From Bugula neritina (lineage: Eukaryota; Animalia; Bryozoa): a stretch of DNA of 64,000 nt. Shown one piece after another: positions 12,011-22,739 of this stretch (within the stretch, counting starts at the first letter, position 1; each line of letters starts with the position of its first letter). The stretch is from positions 3,690,662-3,754,661 of the forward strand of contig OZ037770.1 of the NCBI GenBank assembly GCA_964035545.1, given 5' to 3'. The notes beneath the pieces are model-generated. The model ran no database searches and was not told the origin of the DNA. It saw nothing but the letters and a program-made list of their open reading frames with translations. Made by a program: the position numbers and the translations under genes.

Positions 12011-13308
12011 CAACAGAAACCTAAAAATTTCCAGCACACTTTATGCTTTGACAACACGCACACAATAACTTCGTTTATGGTACAAACCTTTTTGTTGATT
12101 GTTTTCCAACATTTTCACTAGAGCAAAGCCGAAAGAAATTTGGAAACTGCATAATGATGCCAGCCACCGTGGCATCATCTTCTCTGGAAAATTATTGACA
12201 AATCATCACCCAAAAACTTCAGCAAAGCCTCCATCAATAGTATGTAATACTTTAGGTGAAACTAAAAAGAAAGAGACAATATTTTCGTGTAATTTAACCC
12301 ATCAATAAACGCATCAATAGTTAGTGTGGCCACGGTTTAAACCTCATTAATTTCATGCTATTTAAGGCTTTTACAACTTAAAAGATGTAATTCATCTGCA
12401 AGAGAAATGTTAGGTATATGAAATGAGTAGAAGTGCAAAAGCAAGCAGGTATTAAGGAAGGAAGAGTTAGTAGGTGTACTTTGACTTGCGATAAATCAAT
12501 GTGATACCAGATGTGAATTTTGAGGTGTGTTTACTCCAATCTCACTGAAAAGGTAGAAATAGCTCAATTTACGAGACACACAATATTTTATAAAATACTG
12601 CACATTCATTAAAACTTTATAAAACTCTAGTGTGAAGGGTGACTCACACTTTTAAACCGTCGATGAGCTAAGTTGTAAAAGTTTGATGAGAACCTTTTAC
12701 TCTATAAATTTATGCAATATAAAATACTCTCCACATGTTCAACAGCTACGAAGTTTTGTTGAAGATAAACTTCCTCAACAAATATACAGAAAAAAGCTAT
12801 TTGAAAGCCAATTTCATTAGCATATTATAAGATTATTTGTGTTTCATCTTTATAAACAATGATTTAGTCATTTACCGGATAACTAATGATTTCACTTTGT
12901 TTTTCATTCAATAAAAACTAAGTGTAGTTGGTATTAAAAACAGCTTTCATTTCTCACTTTTTTTCTCACCCTAATCTGCGTAGGCAAACAATTGGTTTGT
13001 TTCAAACACCACAACAGTAAAGCGTGACAGCATAGCCAGTGGAGAAAACAATCATCTATACTGCTGGATCAGTGGCAACTTGTGAGTGTGTCAGAGTAGT
13101 GTCTTGTTGTGTGACTCTACAAATAAATTATGAATTTGAATATACTACAAAGTTGCAAACATTGTTTTAACAAAACACAGCATTTATTTGATATTATATG
13201 TAAAGCTCAAGTTGGTATAATATATATTAAATAAATTTTAGCTTTCCTTTTGGATACTCTGAAACAAAATAAAAAAATAAACCAAAATTGGGTAAAGCCA
13301 TGCAAACT

Positions 13309-13580
13309 AGAGAGAGAAAGAGAGTGGGAGAGGGGGGGTGGGAGAGAAAGGTTAGGAGAGAGGATGGAAGAGAGATGGGGTAGAAGAGAGAAAGGGAGAG
13401 AGTCAGAGAGATAGTGGAAAAGGGAAGAGAGAAAGGTTAGGAGAGAGAGAAGGTGGGAGAGATGGAGAGTGGGAGAAAGAGAGAAGGTGGGAGAGACAGA
13501 GGGTGGGAGAGAGGGAGAGAAAGAGAGAGAGGTTGAGTGGAAAGTGTGGGAGAAAGAGACAGAGAGAGGAGTGAGAGAGC
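13309..13580. repeat. GA-rich polypurine low-complexity tract
   Basis: Degenerate (GA)n and GGGAGA units. Confidence 0.9.
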
Positions 13581-14838
13581 TTCCAAACTAACACCATTGA
13601 CTTAAAAAATGTTGATAAAAACTGCAGCAAGTCTTTAAAAACGATGCTAGCAAGTTCAAAGCTCACTATAACTTTCAAAATCAATAAAATGTCAAGTTCC
13701 AAAAACTCATCTGCGAGCAAAAAATTGTTACAGAGACAACCAGGTATTGGGCAAGAGCCAGCTAATAGGAGTACCTTTTTAGATAAACTGCATGCAGGCA
13801 CAGTGAGATAGCATCGGTGAGTTGTGTCTTCGTTTTAATTTCCTAAAAATGAACATAAACAAATGCTAGTAATGAAAGTTTCCAGGGTTATTAAGGGTGC
13901 AATTTTATCACTAAACATCATAGCAATAGCAAAAATTGCTCAGTACAAATTTAAGAAAAATTTCTTTCATCCATTACATAATACCCGAAATCAAATCCAT
14001 TTATTCAATTCATCAAGCTGAAAAACCAAGAATAATCAGAAAGACAGTAAAATCACTTTCTAGTAAAAAACAGCTTTAGATCATAATTGTTGGGTTCAGC
14101 TCTTAAGCTAAGACACCGATGCACTGAAATACGAAAAAGATCAGCATACTTTTAAACTGTCACAAAATTTATTTTACGTGCAACAGACATTTTAAGGTCA
14201 CCCGCCACTTGCGCAGGACCACGTTGGTGAAAGGTGACCAGATATTTTAAGGTCAATCAAAATCAAGCAAAGTTCATCGTCATATTGCTTACTGCTTAAT
14301 GCTGCAGCTTATTTTTGCTTACCAAGTTTCTTTCTGCAGAATAATTGTACCTAGCTTCTCGATTTGCCATCTTTATTCCAGTCCAGGTTCAAATGACATC
14401 TTGATCGTTGCAAATATCCATGCAAGCTAAAAAATATTTATCAATCAGTACAACAACAGAAATACTTACAATGATCCAAATATTACTATTACATTACTAT
14501 AACATTACACAGTAACACTATGTTTATAATTGTAATATGGAAGCATGACTTTGTGGTAGTTTGATATGCTATAGCAAAAGGTAGAAAAATCAACTGAAAA
14601 ACCGACAGAAATAATCAAGTACAATTAACTAAAGTAAATAAACTTGCTGAATAGTAGATATTTTACTATACTTAGTGAATTGATTTACTTCCACTAGGTT
14701 TACTTTCATGATTAAATGCTTCTGTCTATTTTCCAGTTTATAGGAATATATTAAAAGTGAAACCAATTATAATTACTATTACCTTATCTAGTTTTGACTA
14801 TATATTTTTCACAAATATAAACATAGTTATATGCGTAT

Positions 14839-15187
14839 TGTGATAAACTTGTGGGTTGAATGTAACTTAGTGCAGAACAAGATAGGTTGAAGTAGTAGAG
14901 TTCCAAATGTTTATTATAGTATAAAAATAATGTCAACTTGTCTAGGCGAGCTCCAGTAGTAGACTGGCTTAACACCGTAACTCGCCTGCTTTTATATACA
15001 GCGAACAAAAGAACATAAAACAAAGAATCTTTTGTGTGTGTGGCCCGAAGTTCGGTAGCTCCGAAATTCGGCAGGCCCGAAGATCGGGGGAACCGATCTT
15101 CGGTCAAGCCGAAACTCGGAACTCCGAATTTCGGACCCCAATTAACATTATTGAACAAAAGAACAAACCAAGGCATAATCTATCACA
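14839..15187 (-). repeat. 3' LTR of element 2
   Basis: TGTGATA...TATCACA; identical to 22280-22628; minus-strand AATAAA at 14910-14915. Confidence 0.97.
15045..15134. promoter_or_regulatory. Array of six CCG-N5-CGG palindromes in U3 (3' LTR copy)
   Basis: 11-mers start at 15045, 15061, 15077, 15093, 15109 and 15124; a regulatory role is inferred. Confidence 0.75.
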
Positions 15188-15220
15188 CACACCCCCTATC
15201 GGAAAGCATGCTTTCCGATA
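15188..15220 (-). promoter_or_regulatory. Polypurine tract and adjacent 24-bp perfect palindrome
   Basis: AGGGGGTGTG abuts the 3' LTR; TATCGGAAAGCATGCTTTCCGATA at 15197-15220. Confidence 0.7.
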
Positions 15221-15396
15221 CGAGGGCGAATAATAACATAATAACAATGAGACAGACAATAAACAAAACAAAAAAAAGAAACAGAAGAGAGAGAACAAAG
15301 AAACAAAACAAAACAAAACACCAAGTACATAGTATAAGGGACAACGAATATGTATAACAGAGAATTGTCATGCCACCAGTCAGGGAGAGGGGGGTC

Positions 15397-16815
15397 TCAC
15401 TCCCTCCATGTCCCATCGTCGTTGTCGGTCTGACGTCGTTCCAGCCGGATCAGTCGTCGTCGCAATTGTGTCAGATCTTCCTCACACCGTGCCACGCGGC
15501 GCCGTAAGTGGCGCACCTCCTCTTCTAGTTGCGGTCGGGAGCGGAGTGTGTTGCGCTCCGGGTGTTGTCTGTGCTCTGGGTGGTGTCTGCTTGCCGCCGA
15601 GGAGCGGGGGTCCAGGTCCGATGTACCGGGTCTGGCACCATCCCCGACCCTTGTCAGCATGACCCGAAGAGGCTGGGTGGCTGCTGGTTGGAGGGCGGCG
15701 GCGGGTTCTCCGTCTTCTTCTTGAATTGCTCTGCACGCCGGAAACCCTTGGCCGAGGGTGGCACGCTTGTGGGGGTCCGCGACGTGCGGCAGGATGAGGT
15801 CCCGGAACTCCGGAAATGTGGCCTGATCCACGGTGAACACGTGACCTGGGTGGCAGCGCGAGATGCGCTGGTGGCGCAGCACATAATCCCGCTGGTAGGA
15901 GTATTCGCCGCAAGGGCAGAATACGTTGATGAAATGTTGTGGGGCGTGAACACGCAACCGCCGGGAGGAGGAGAATTTCCTCCGACATTGCCGGCAGATG
16001 CGGTTGCCCGCTGCCCCGCATGCTTCACTAATCTTCTGATTAGTGTCGCGAGAGACCCAGGACTGGCGGGCGACCAGTGCCTGGGGTAGAGCCAAGGTGG
16101 GGGTGTCACCGTCTTCAGCTCGAGTAGAGGAGGGCACACCGCATAGTATTCCCTGTTCCTCCCCGGCGGCTAATTGTAGCTCAACTGGGTTGGCGACAGG
16201 GTCACTATTCATGGTGGATAGCACCTCAGTTCGGTCTGTGGCGACCCGCGGGCTGCAAGGAGCCGTCACGGGGGCTGGTGGAGGGGGGGAGTCGACTCGA
16301 CTGACCTCCACCTCATCACACTCCATTGCAGTGTCTACAATAGACAGCAGAGGCCGAGTAAGGCCGGTCTCGCCGTCGCCGAAATTCGGCATCGCCTTAT
16401 AGGGTACTTTGTGGGTGGTAGGGAGCCGAGGTGAGTCATGGAGAGTGACTGACCCTATGTCCTGGTCTAATAAAAACTCATTTAGAGAGTCTTCTCCAAA
16501 ACTCACATCGACTTCCTCCGTTAATAAATTAGATTCTAACAAATCTAAACTAGCCCAATTAATTACAGTTGAGTCAGACTCCGGTACGGGAGGCTCTGAC
16601 TCTAATGAAATACCTGTGTTTGTAGTGTTGTTACCGGGAAGAGTAATACCCATATCCAATTCGTGATTAATTCGATTACAAGTTTCAGCTTTAAAATTGC
16701 GTGTTACTAGTGGGTTAGTAGTAGTGCAAATGGCCGAGCCTCGTGTTTCAATATTTTTACCTGCTACGCGATCGTGGGGAATTCCCATCGAGTTTTGAAG
16801 GGACAACTCAGACAA
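15397..16815 (-). CDS. Element 2 ORF3: acidic region, tandem zinc fingers and C-terminal coiled coil (not Env); true start uncertain
   Basis: 472 open codons; CRQC-x12-HAPQH followed by CPC-x12-H-x5-CH; heptad LEEEVRHLRRRVARCEEDLTQLRRRLIRL; no signal peptide or TM segment visible. Confidence 0.8.
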   Translation of the reverse strand: MSELSLQNSMGIPHDRVAGKNIETRGSAICTTTNPLVTRNFKAETCNRINHELDMGITLPGNNTTNTGISLESEPPVPESDSTVINWASLDLLESNLLTEEVDVSFGEDSLNEFLLDQDIGSVTLHDSPRLPTTHKVPYKAMPNFGDGETGLTRPLLSIVDTAMECDEVEVSRVDSPPPPAPVTAPCSPRVATDRTEVLSTMNSDPVANPVELQLAAGEEQGILCGVPSSTRAEDGDTPTLALPQALVARQSWVSRDTNQKISEACGAAGNRICRQCRRKFSSSRRLRVHAPQHFINVFCPCGEYSYQRDYVLRHQRISRCHPGHVFTVDQATFPEFRDLILPHVADPHKRATLGQGFPACRAIQEEDGEPAAALQPAATQPLRVMLTRVGDGARPGTSDLDPRSSAASRHHPEHRQHPERNTLRSRPQLEEEVRHLRRRVARCEEDLTQLRRRLIRLERRQTDNDDGTWRE

Positions 16816-16892
16816 TCGCGTGCCCTCCGAATTTCGGTTTGCAACTGTTCCTTTTTGTAGTGATTCTCCAGGAGGTTGGAAGAATTTACTAA

Positions 16893-19800
16893 CTAAGGAG
16901 GAGTAATGGCCCTGGACAGATGGATTCCCACTTGGGGGGGGGGCAACCCTAGGTGTCCTATGTGATAGTCTGCCAGATATCTGGGTGGTTTCCTCGCTCG
17001 CTGGCTCCTTTCCAGCGGTGTGGGTGCTGGTGGTGCCAGTTGCTCCTCAGTTGCCACCGTAGGGGGGTCCCCGCCTTCACCCGTAATACGGGTGGGGGTG
17101 TCCTCCCCCCAGAGGGGTGGTGGCTCTGGGGCGTGTTGCTGCTGCTGCTCCTGCCTCTGTTGTTGTTCCAACTGTTCTCGTAGGGCAGCCTGCTCCTGCT
17201 CTGCCTCCCTTCGGATGACAATTTCCACCTCCCGGGGCCGGGTGGCTCTCCCCCGCTGGTTAGGCTGGCGGTTGGGCTCCAGGAGGGGTGGAGCCTGACC
17301 CACCGCGTCTGGGCTGGCATGGTATGGTTTCAGGCGCTGTTCGCTCTGGACTGAGACCTGTCCAGAGCGCTCCACACGGTATGTGTGGTTGGCCAGCACC
17401 TCCACCACGCAGTAGGGACCCACGAACTTGGGCTGAAGTTTAGCCGACTGTCCGCGTCGCCTACGATAGCTCACCATCCAGACCCAGTCTCCCACCTGAT
17501 ACAATGGGGGCTCTTCTGAGTCCTCTGTGCGGATCTGCCACTGCTGGGCCCGCAGTGCATCATGGGCTTTACCCATGATCTCTGTCAGTCTTTCGACGTA
17601 CTCATGTACCGGCGATTCGGGGGCGGGAACGTGGTATGTCAGGTGTTCCGGAACCCGCGTTTCCCGGCCTAGCATCAGGAAGTTTGGGGTCTCCTGTGTG
17701 GTGGAGTGTGGTGTGCTGCGGTAAGCCCGCATGATTTGTGGCAGCACCACGTCCCATTCTTCCTGACCTCGACCAAGGAGCAGGCTCCTGAGGGCGTCAC
17801 CCAACATCCTGTTGTTCCGCTCGACGACTCCGTTCCCTTGTGGGTGATATGGGGTGGTCCGACTCTGGTTCACCCCCCATATCCGGCAGAGGTCTCCCAT
17901 GAGCTGGGACTGGAACTGGGCGCCCTGGTCCGTATGTATCTGCTCGGGCAAACCGAGGTAACAGAACACATGTTGGTCCAGGGTCCGGGCCACCGTGGGG
18001 GCAGTTGCGTCTGGGATAGCCAGAGCATCCGCCCACCGGGTAAAGTGGTCCGTGAGCACCAGTATCCAGGTGTTCCCTCTGGCGGATAACGGCATAGGCC
18101 CGACAAGGTCTACCGCCACTACTTGCCACGGTCGACCAGCGTACAGCCGGCGTCGACCAGTGGTTTCCGTGGGGCGGCCATGCTTGCTAGCTTGGCAGAC
18201 CTCGCATTGCCGTACCCGCAGTCGTACGTCCCGAGTCATTCCGGGCCAATACCAACGCAGCCGCAGACACCTGATGACCCGACTGACTCCAGAATGAGCC
18301 TGCTTATGGGTGTCCCAGATCAGTTCCCGTCGGAGGGCGCGTGGACAGACGACGCGGTCCCTCTCCTGCTGACGGTTGTCTGCTGCTAACGTTATCATCA
18401 GGAGGCCATCAGGACTGACCTTGAGGGCATCCCAGCGACGACAGAGGAGTTGGAACTCAACGTCTCCCTGCCGCTGCTGTTCCTCGCTAGGTCGTCGGCC
18501 CTCCTTCTTGGCCCGGAAAATGTCCGCTACCGGGCCGGGTAGCGTCTCCTGGAGTCGGCACAGCTCCTTGACATTCTGGTACAGAGTGGGGTTGGCGTGA
18601 AGCGCCTGGACGTCGTCTGAGTGGGTTTCGGTCCGAAGATGGCCGTGCTCCCACCGATAGACGGCGCCCTCCCCTAACTCTGTTTCCACGTCAAGGCGAG
18701 CGGGTCCCCCGTCCCGTTTTTCAATGTGCAGGCATTGCTTACAGTCTTCTACCGGCCGGCGGCTCATGCCGTCGGCGTTTCCGTGCTTCCGGCCAGCACG
18801 GTGTTCTATCCGGTAAGAGAACTCGGCAAGAATCTCTAGCCAACGAGCTACCTGGCTCGAGGGCTCCGCACGTTTACACAGCCATATCAGTGATGCATGG
18901 TCTGTTCGCAAACGGAACGTTCTCCCATACAGATATGGCCGAAAGTGCTTGACCGCCTTGACTACTGCTAGGAGTTCCTTCCTAGTGGTGCAGTAGTTCT
19001 TCTCGGCGGCCGCGAGAGTCTTGCTGTAGTAAGCCACGACCACCTCACTTCCACCCTGGACTTGAGACAGGACAGCTCCCACGCTGTGGTCACTGGCGTC
19101 GGTGTCCAGGATGTACTCCTTGGCTGGATCAGTATACGCCAGAATTGGCGCCTCCATTAGCCGTTGCTTGAGGTGGTCGAATGCCTGCTGCTCCTCCTGC
19201 GTCCACTGCCACCGGACCCCTTTTGCGGTCAGCCGATTTAACGGCTGAGCCACTCCTGCGAAGCCAGGTATGTACTGCCGGTAGTACCCTACTAGGCCCA
19301 AGAATGCGCGCAACTCAGGGAGGTCACGGGGGACAGTCCACTGCTTCACAGCCTGTACCTTCTCTGGGTCGGTAGCGACCCCATCACGGCCCACCACATG
19401 GCCCAGGTACGTGACTTCCGGCTGCAAGAGTGCACACTTGGAGGGCTTCAGCTTGAGTCCAGCTGCCCGGAGGCGGTCAAAGACCTCCCGCAGACGACTG
19501 ACATGAGTCGAAAAGTCTGGCGAGATGACAATGACGTCGTCCAGATAGATGAGGAGGGTCTTCCAGTGTAATCCACTGAGGACCTGCTCCATGAGCCGTT
19601 GGAAAGTTGCCGGGGCGGACGTTAGTCCAAATGGCAGTACTTTCCACTTCCAGAGCCCGTCGCGAGTAATGAATGCTGCTTTGTCCTGGGCATCAGGACT
19701 GAGAGGCACTTGCCAGTACCCGCTAAGCAGATCCAAAGTACTGAAGTACTTGCTACCCGCGAGGGCATCCAGAGACTCATCTATCCGTGGGAGAGGGTAG

Positions 19801-21352
19801 GCGTCTTGGATGGTAACGCTGTTGAGTCTGCGGTAGTCCACACAGAACCTCCAGCTACCATCTTTCTTCTTGACCAGGACTACTGGAGAGCTCCACGCAC
19901 CGTGGGCAGGCTCAATCAGATCCCGGTCGAGAAGATCCTGTACCTGTCGGCTCACCTCCTTCTCCTTCTCCGGGCCTAGACGCCGGGTAGGCTGCCTGAT
20001 GGGAGTGGTGCCGGCTGCCAGGGGTATCTCGTGGGAGATGACCTTGGTCAGCCCCATGTCTCTATCTCCACGACTGAAGACATCACTGTACTCCGCAAGT
20101 AGTTGAGCCAGTACTTGGCGTTCAGTACTACTTGTACAGTTTCCACACGCCCCATCATACAGGTCAGCCATATGCTCCGGGACTGCTCCTCGTCTGGTGT
20201 GAGGGGGGTTCCCCTGGGTGTCGGCCACTGTCTCCAGTGCCGGACCCACATCCGCTTCCTGGATGGAGTGGTACTTCCCCACCAGCGCTCCAGCCGATAA
20301 TCGGACAGGTTCCGTGAAGGGGTTGATGCACTGCACGAGGAGCTCCTGCCGACAATCTAGCCGATTCAGGCTGTTTGCTAGTCGGATCGCTCCGTGCGTT
20401 CCCTCAACCACCCCAGGCCGGCGATCCCCTTGCAGTTGACTCTGCAGCGAAGAGTCGCCTGGGATCTTCCCGGAACCGTGCAGTCCCGCACTACCTGGAC
20501 TCCGCCCACCAAGGGCCTTCCGAACTTGTCGACGCAGACAAGCTCCTTCCCAGCCATCACCACCACTGACTTCTGGAAATCCATGTGACACTGGTGTTTC
20601 TCCAGAAACGGCATTCCCAGGATGGCGTCCTCCTTCAGCTGGCTGACTATGAACGTCTCGTGAATTGCTTGATCACGGACGCGTCCAGGTAGTGAAATGA
20701 CGCCGTAGAAAGGAATGCATGATCCGTCCGCCAACGTACCATGCGCACCTTCATACGGCTCGAGGCTCGCCCGCTCTCGTGCACCAAGAGTGTCAAAGAG
20801 ACGCCTACTCAGCAGGTTGGTAGTGCACCCAGTATCCAGTAGGAATGTGGCAGCTTTACCCGAAATCTTTCCGGGCAGAAAGTAGCTGCTTCCATACGGC
20901 TGGGCGCTCCTGGAGCGGTCAGTCTCTGGGGGAGACACAACTTGGGTCCGCACAGCGGGCCTCCTCTTTGTCTTAGAGACAACGGGGGTTTTCTGAGGTC
21001 GGGAGGGTAGCTTGGGGTACTCTTGCGAGTAAGCTGAATCCTCCTCCACAACCTCCTCGGGCAACCCCGCGAACCGGTTCTGGAGTGGCCAGGCCGGAGG
21101 ATCGGGTAGACCTTGCGGTCTCCGAGATCTCCGAGGTGCCTGCCATCCTGCTTCTTCTAGCTGCATCCGGGTCTCGAGTGACACGGCCGGAGGATCGGGT
21201 AGACCTTGCGGTCTCCGAGGTCTCCGTGGCCTCTGCCACTCGGTATCGGCAGACCCTGTGGAGGTCTCTTCTCCTCTTCGAGTCCTATCCCGGATGGGAT
21301 TGGCGTGAGGCCCACGGTTGGCGGAAGTTACCGTGAGCCTTGGGTGTTTAAA
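16893..21352 (-). CDS. pol: Pol polyprotein (protease, RT, RNase H, integrase) with one apparent 1-nt frameshift at 20411-20414
   Basis: LLDTGC; LPFGL and YLDD; TDASDHSVGAVL; HKQAH..CEVC; DLVG..TDQG..VERNN (DDE); GPY motif. Confidence 0.95.
21308..21352 (-). promoter_or_regulatory. Predicted -1 ribosomal frameshift signal of element 2
   Basis: T TTA AAC in the gag frame, 5-nt spacer, 11-bp stem AGGCTCACGGT/ACCGTGGGCCT; the -1 frame is open into the protease. Confidence 0.85.
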
Positions 21353-22233
21353 GGCCCTTGGCCTCTAGGGCAGTGCCTCCTCACATGCCCTTGCACCCCG
21401 CACCCCCAACAGGTTAGTAGAGATGGGCGGACAGGGTTGTCCCGTGAACGGGGAGCCCGCCTATCCGCCTGTTCGCTCTGCAACTTCGTCACTGTAGCCT
21501 GCAGGCCTTTCATCATGTCCATTAACATGGTGAGCTGCGTCTGCTCGAGTGATTTAGTTGCTGCGGCCGCTACTTGGGGTTTAGCAGGCAGGGCGGTCTC
21601 CTCATCGACCACCTGGCGGGCGGCGAATCTTGGTCCTTGAAGCTCTTCTACCTGGAAATAGGCTTTACCCGTTTCCAGAGCTTCGTCCAGGCTGCCCACC
21701 TTGCCAGCCATCCAATAGCGTTGGAGGTCAGGATGATTTATACTCCGGAAAAACGCGTTGTACACCAGGCGCTGTCTTTCCGTTCCGGTAGCCTGGCTGA
21801 AAGCAGCCTGGGCCAAGCGTTCCACCACGTTGGCGTGGTCCTCCAATGATGTCCTCCTGTCCCTTCTCAGGGCCTGTAGGCGGTCAGACGCCTCCTCTGA
21901 CGTCATGCCAAACCTGGCCCTTAGGGCACGTAAGATGTGTGCTTCATCGGGCCCCAGAGCGAAACTCTTGGCCCGGCCTGTCAAACAGGCCCGGAGTTGG
22001 AGGACGCGCACCGGCACTGGCCATTCAGCGATGGTGGCCACGTCCTGGAACTCCCGGATGAATTGCTCCACATCCCCATCACCTCCAAAAGTTGGGGGAC
22101 TGAGGCGGTACCTGTCACCAGGTGGCGCCTGCCCTGTCCCCTGCAACTTTCGGAGGGCTGTCACCAAAGCCTCCACAGTGAGGGTTGGTGTCGCGGCTGC
22201 TCCAGGGGTTGCCTCCTCACCCCCTGGAGCCAT
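21328..22233 (-). CDS. gag: Gag of element 2 (301 aa)
   Basis: ATG shortly after the PBS; CWGCGVQGHVRRHC zinc knuckle. Confidence 0.93.
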   Translation of the reverse strand: MAPGGEEATPGAAATPTLTVEALVTALRKLQGTGQAPPGDRYRLSPPTFGGDGDVEQFIREFQDVATIAEWPVPVRVLQLRACLTGRAKSFALGPDEAHILRALRARFGMTSEEASDRLQALRRDRRTSLEDHANVVERLAQAAFSQATGTERQRLVYNAFFRSINHPDLQRYWMAGKVGSLDEALETGKAYFQVEELQGPRFAARQVVDEETALPAKPQVAAAATKSLEQTQLTMLMDMMKGLQATVTKLQSEQADRRAPRSRDNPVRPSLLTCWGCGVQGHVRRHCPRGQGPLNTQGSR

Positions 22234-22260
22234 CTTGTTCTTCTTACACTAGTATTCAGA

Positions 22261-22278
22261 ATCCCACCGCTGCCACCA
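22261..22278 (-). promoter_or_regulatory. Primer binding site, tRNA-Leu
   Basis: TGGTGGCAGCGGTGGGAT, identical to the element 1 PBS. Confidence 0.92.
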
Positions 22279-22279
22279 A

Positions 22280-22628
22280 TGTGATAAACTTGTGGGTTGA
22301 ATGTAACTTAGTGCAGAACAAGATAGGTTGAAGTAGTAGAGTTCCAAATGTTTATTATAGTATAAAAATAATGTCAACTTGTCTAGGCGAGCTCCAGTAG
22401 TAGACTGGCTTAACACCGTAACTCGCCTGCTTTTATATACAGCGAACAAAAGAACATAAAACAAAGAATCTTTTGTGTGTGTGGCCCGAAGTTCGGTAGC
22501 TCCGAAATTCGGCAGGCCCGAAGATCGGGGGAACCGATCTTCGGTCAAGCCGAAACTCGGAACTCCGAATTTCGGACCCCAATTAACATTATTGAACAAA
22601 AGAACAAACCAAGGCATAATCTATCACA
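22280..22628 (-). repeat. 5' LTR of element 2, with TATA box (22431-22437) and palindrome array (22486-22575)
   Basis: Identical to the 3' LTR; minus-strand TATAAAA lies about 50 bp downstream of the array. Confidence 0.97.
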
Positions 22629-22739
22629 GTATTCCTATTGTGACTGCAGATACCATTGCGGTAACTGAAATCAAACTTCATTCTACTTCAAGTTTCAAAC
22701 ATTGTCCCAGTTCAAAGACTAACAAGTAAATAATTAATA

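Larger units (their letters stand above)
14839..22628 (-). mobile_element. Full-length Ty3/Gypsy LTR retrotransposon with an extra third ORF (element 2)
   Basis: Identical 349-bp LTRs; GTAT TSD (14835-14838 and 22629-22632); PBS; polypurine tract; domain order PR-RT-RH-IN. Confidence 0.97.

Noticed and set aside
13403-13801. 132-aa ORF
   Set aside because: Largely a translation of the GA-rich tract.
15045-15134. CRISPR-like repeat/spacer look of the LTR array
   Set aside because: 11-bp repeats with 4-5-bp spacers, eukaryotic LTR context and no cas genes.
14784-15416. ORFs spanning the LTR (also 22249-22729)
   Set aside because: Translations of LTR and palindrome sequence; they run out into flanking DNA or stop just past the LTR.
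15397-16815. ORF3 as Env
   Set aside because: No signal peptide, transmembrane anchor or fusion-protein pattern is visible.
15408-22284. Many plus-strand and alternate-frame ORFs within element 2 (likewise in element 1)
   Set aside because: Shadow ORFs of GC-rich coding sequence with no recognisable motifs.
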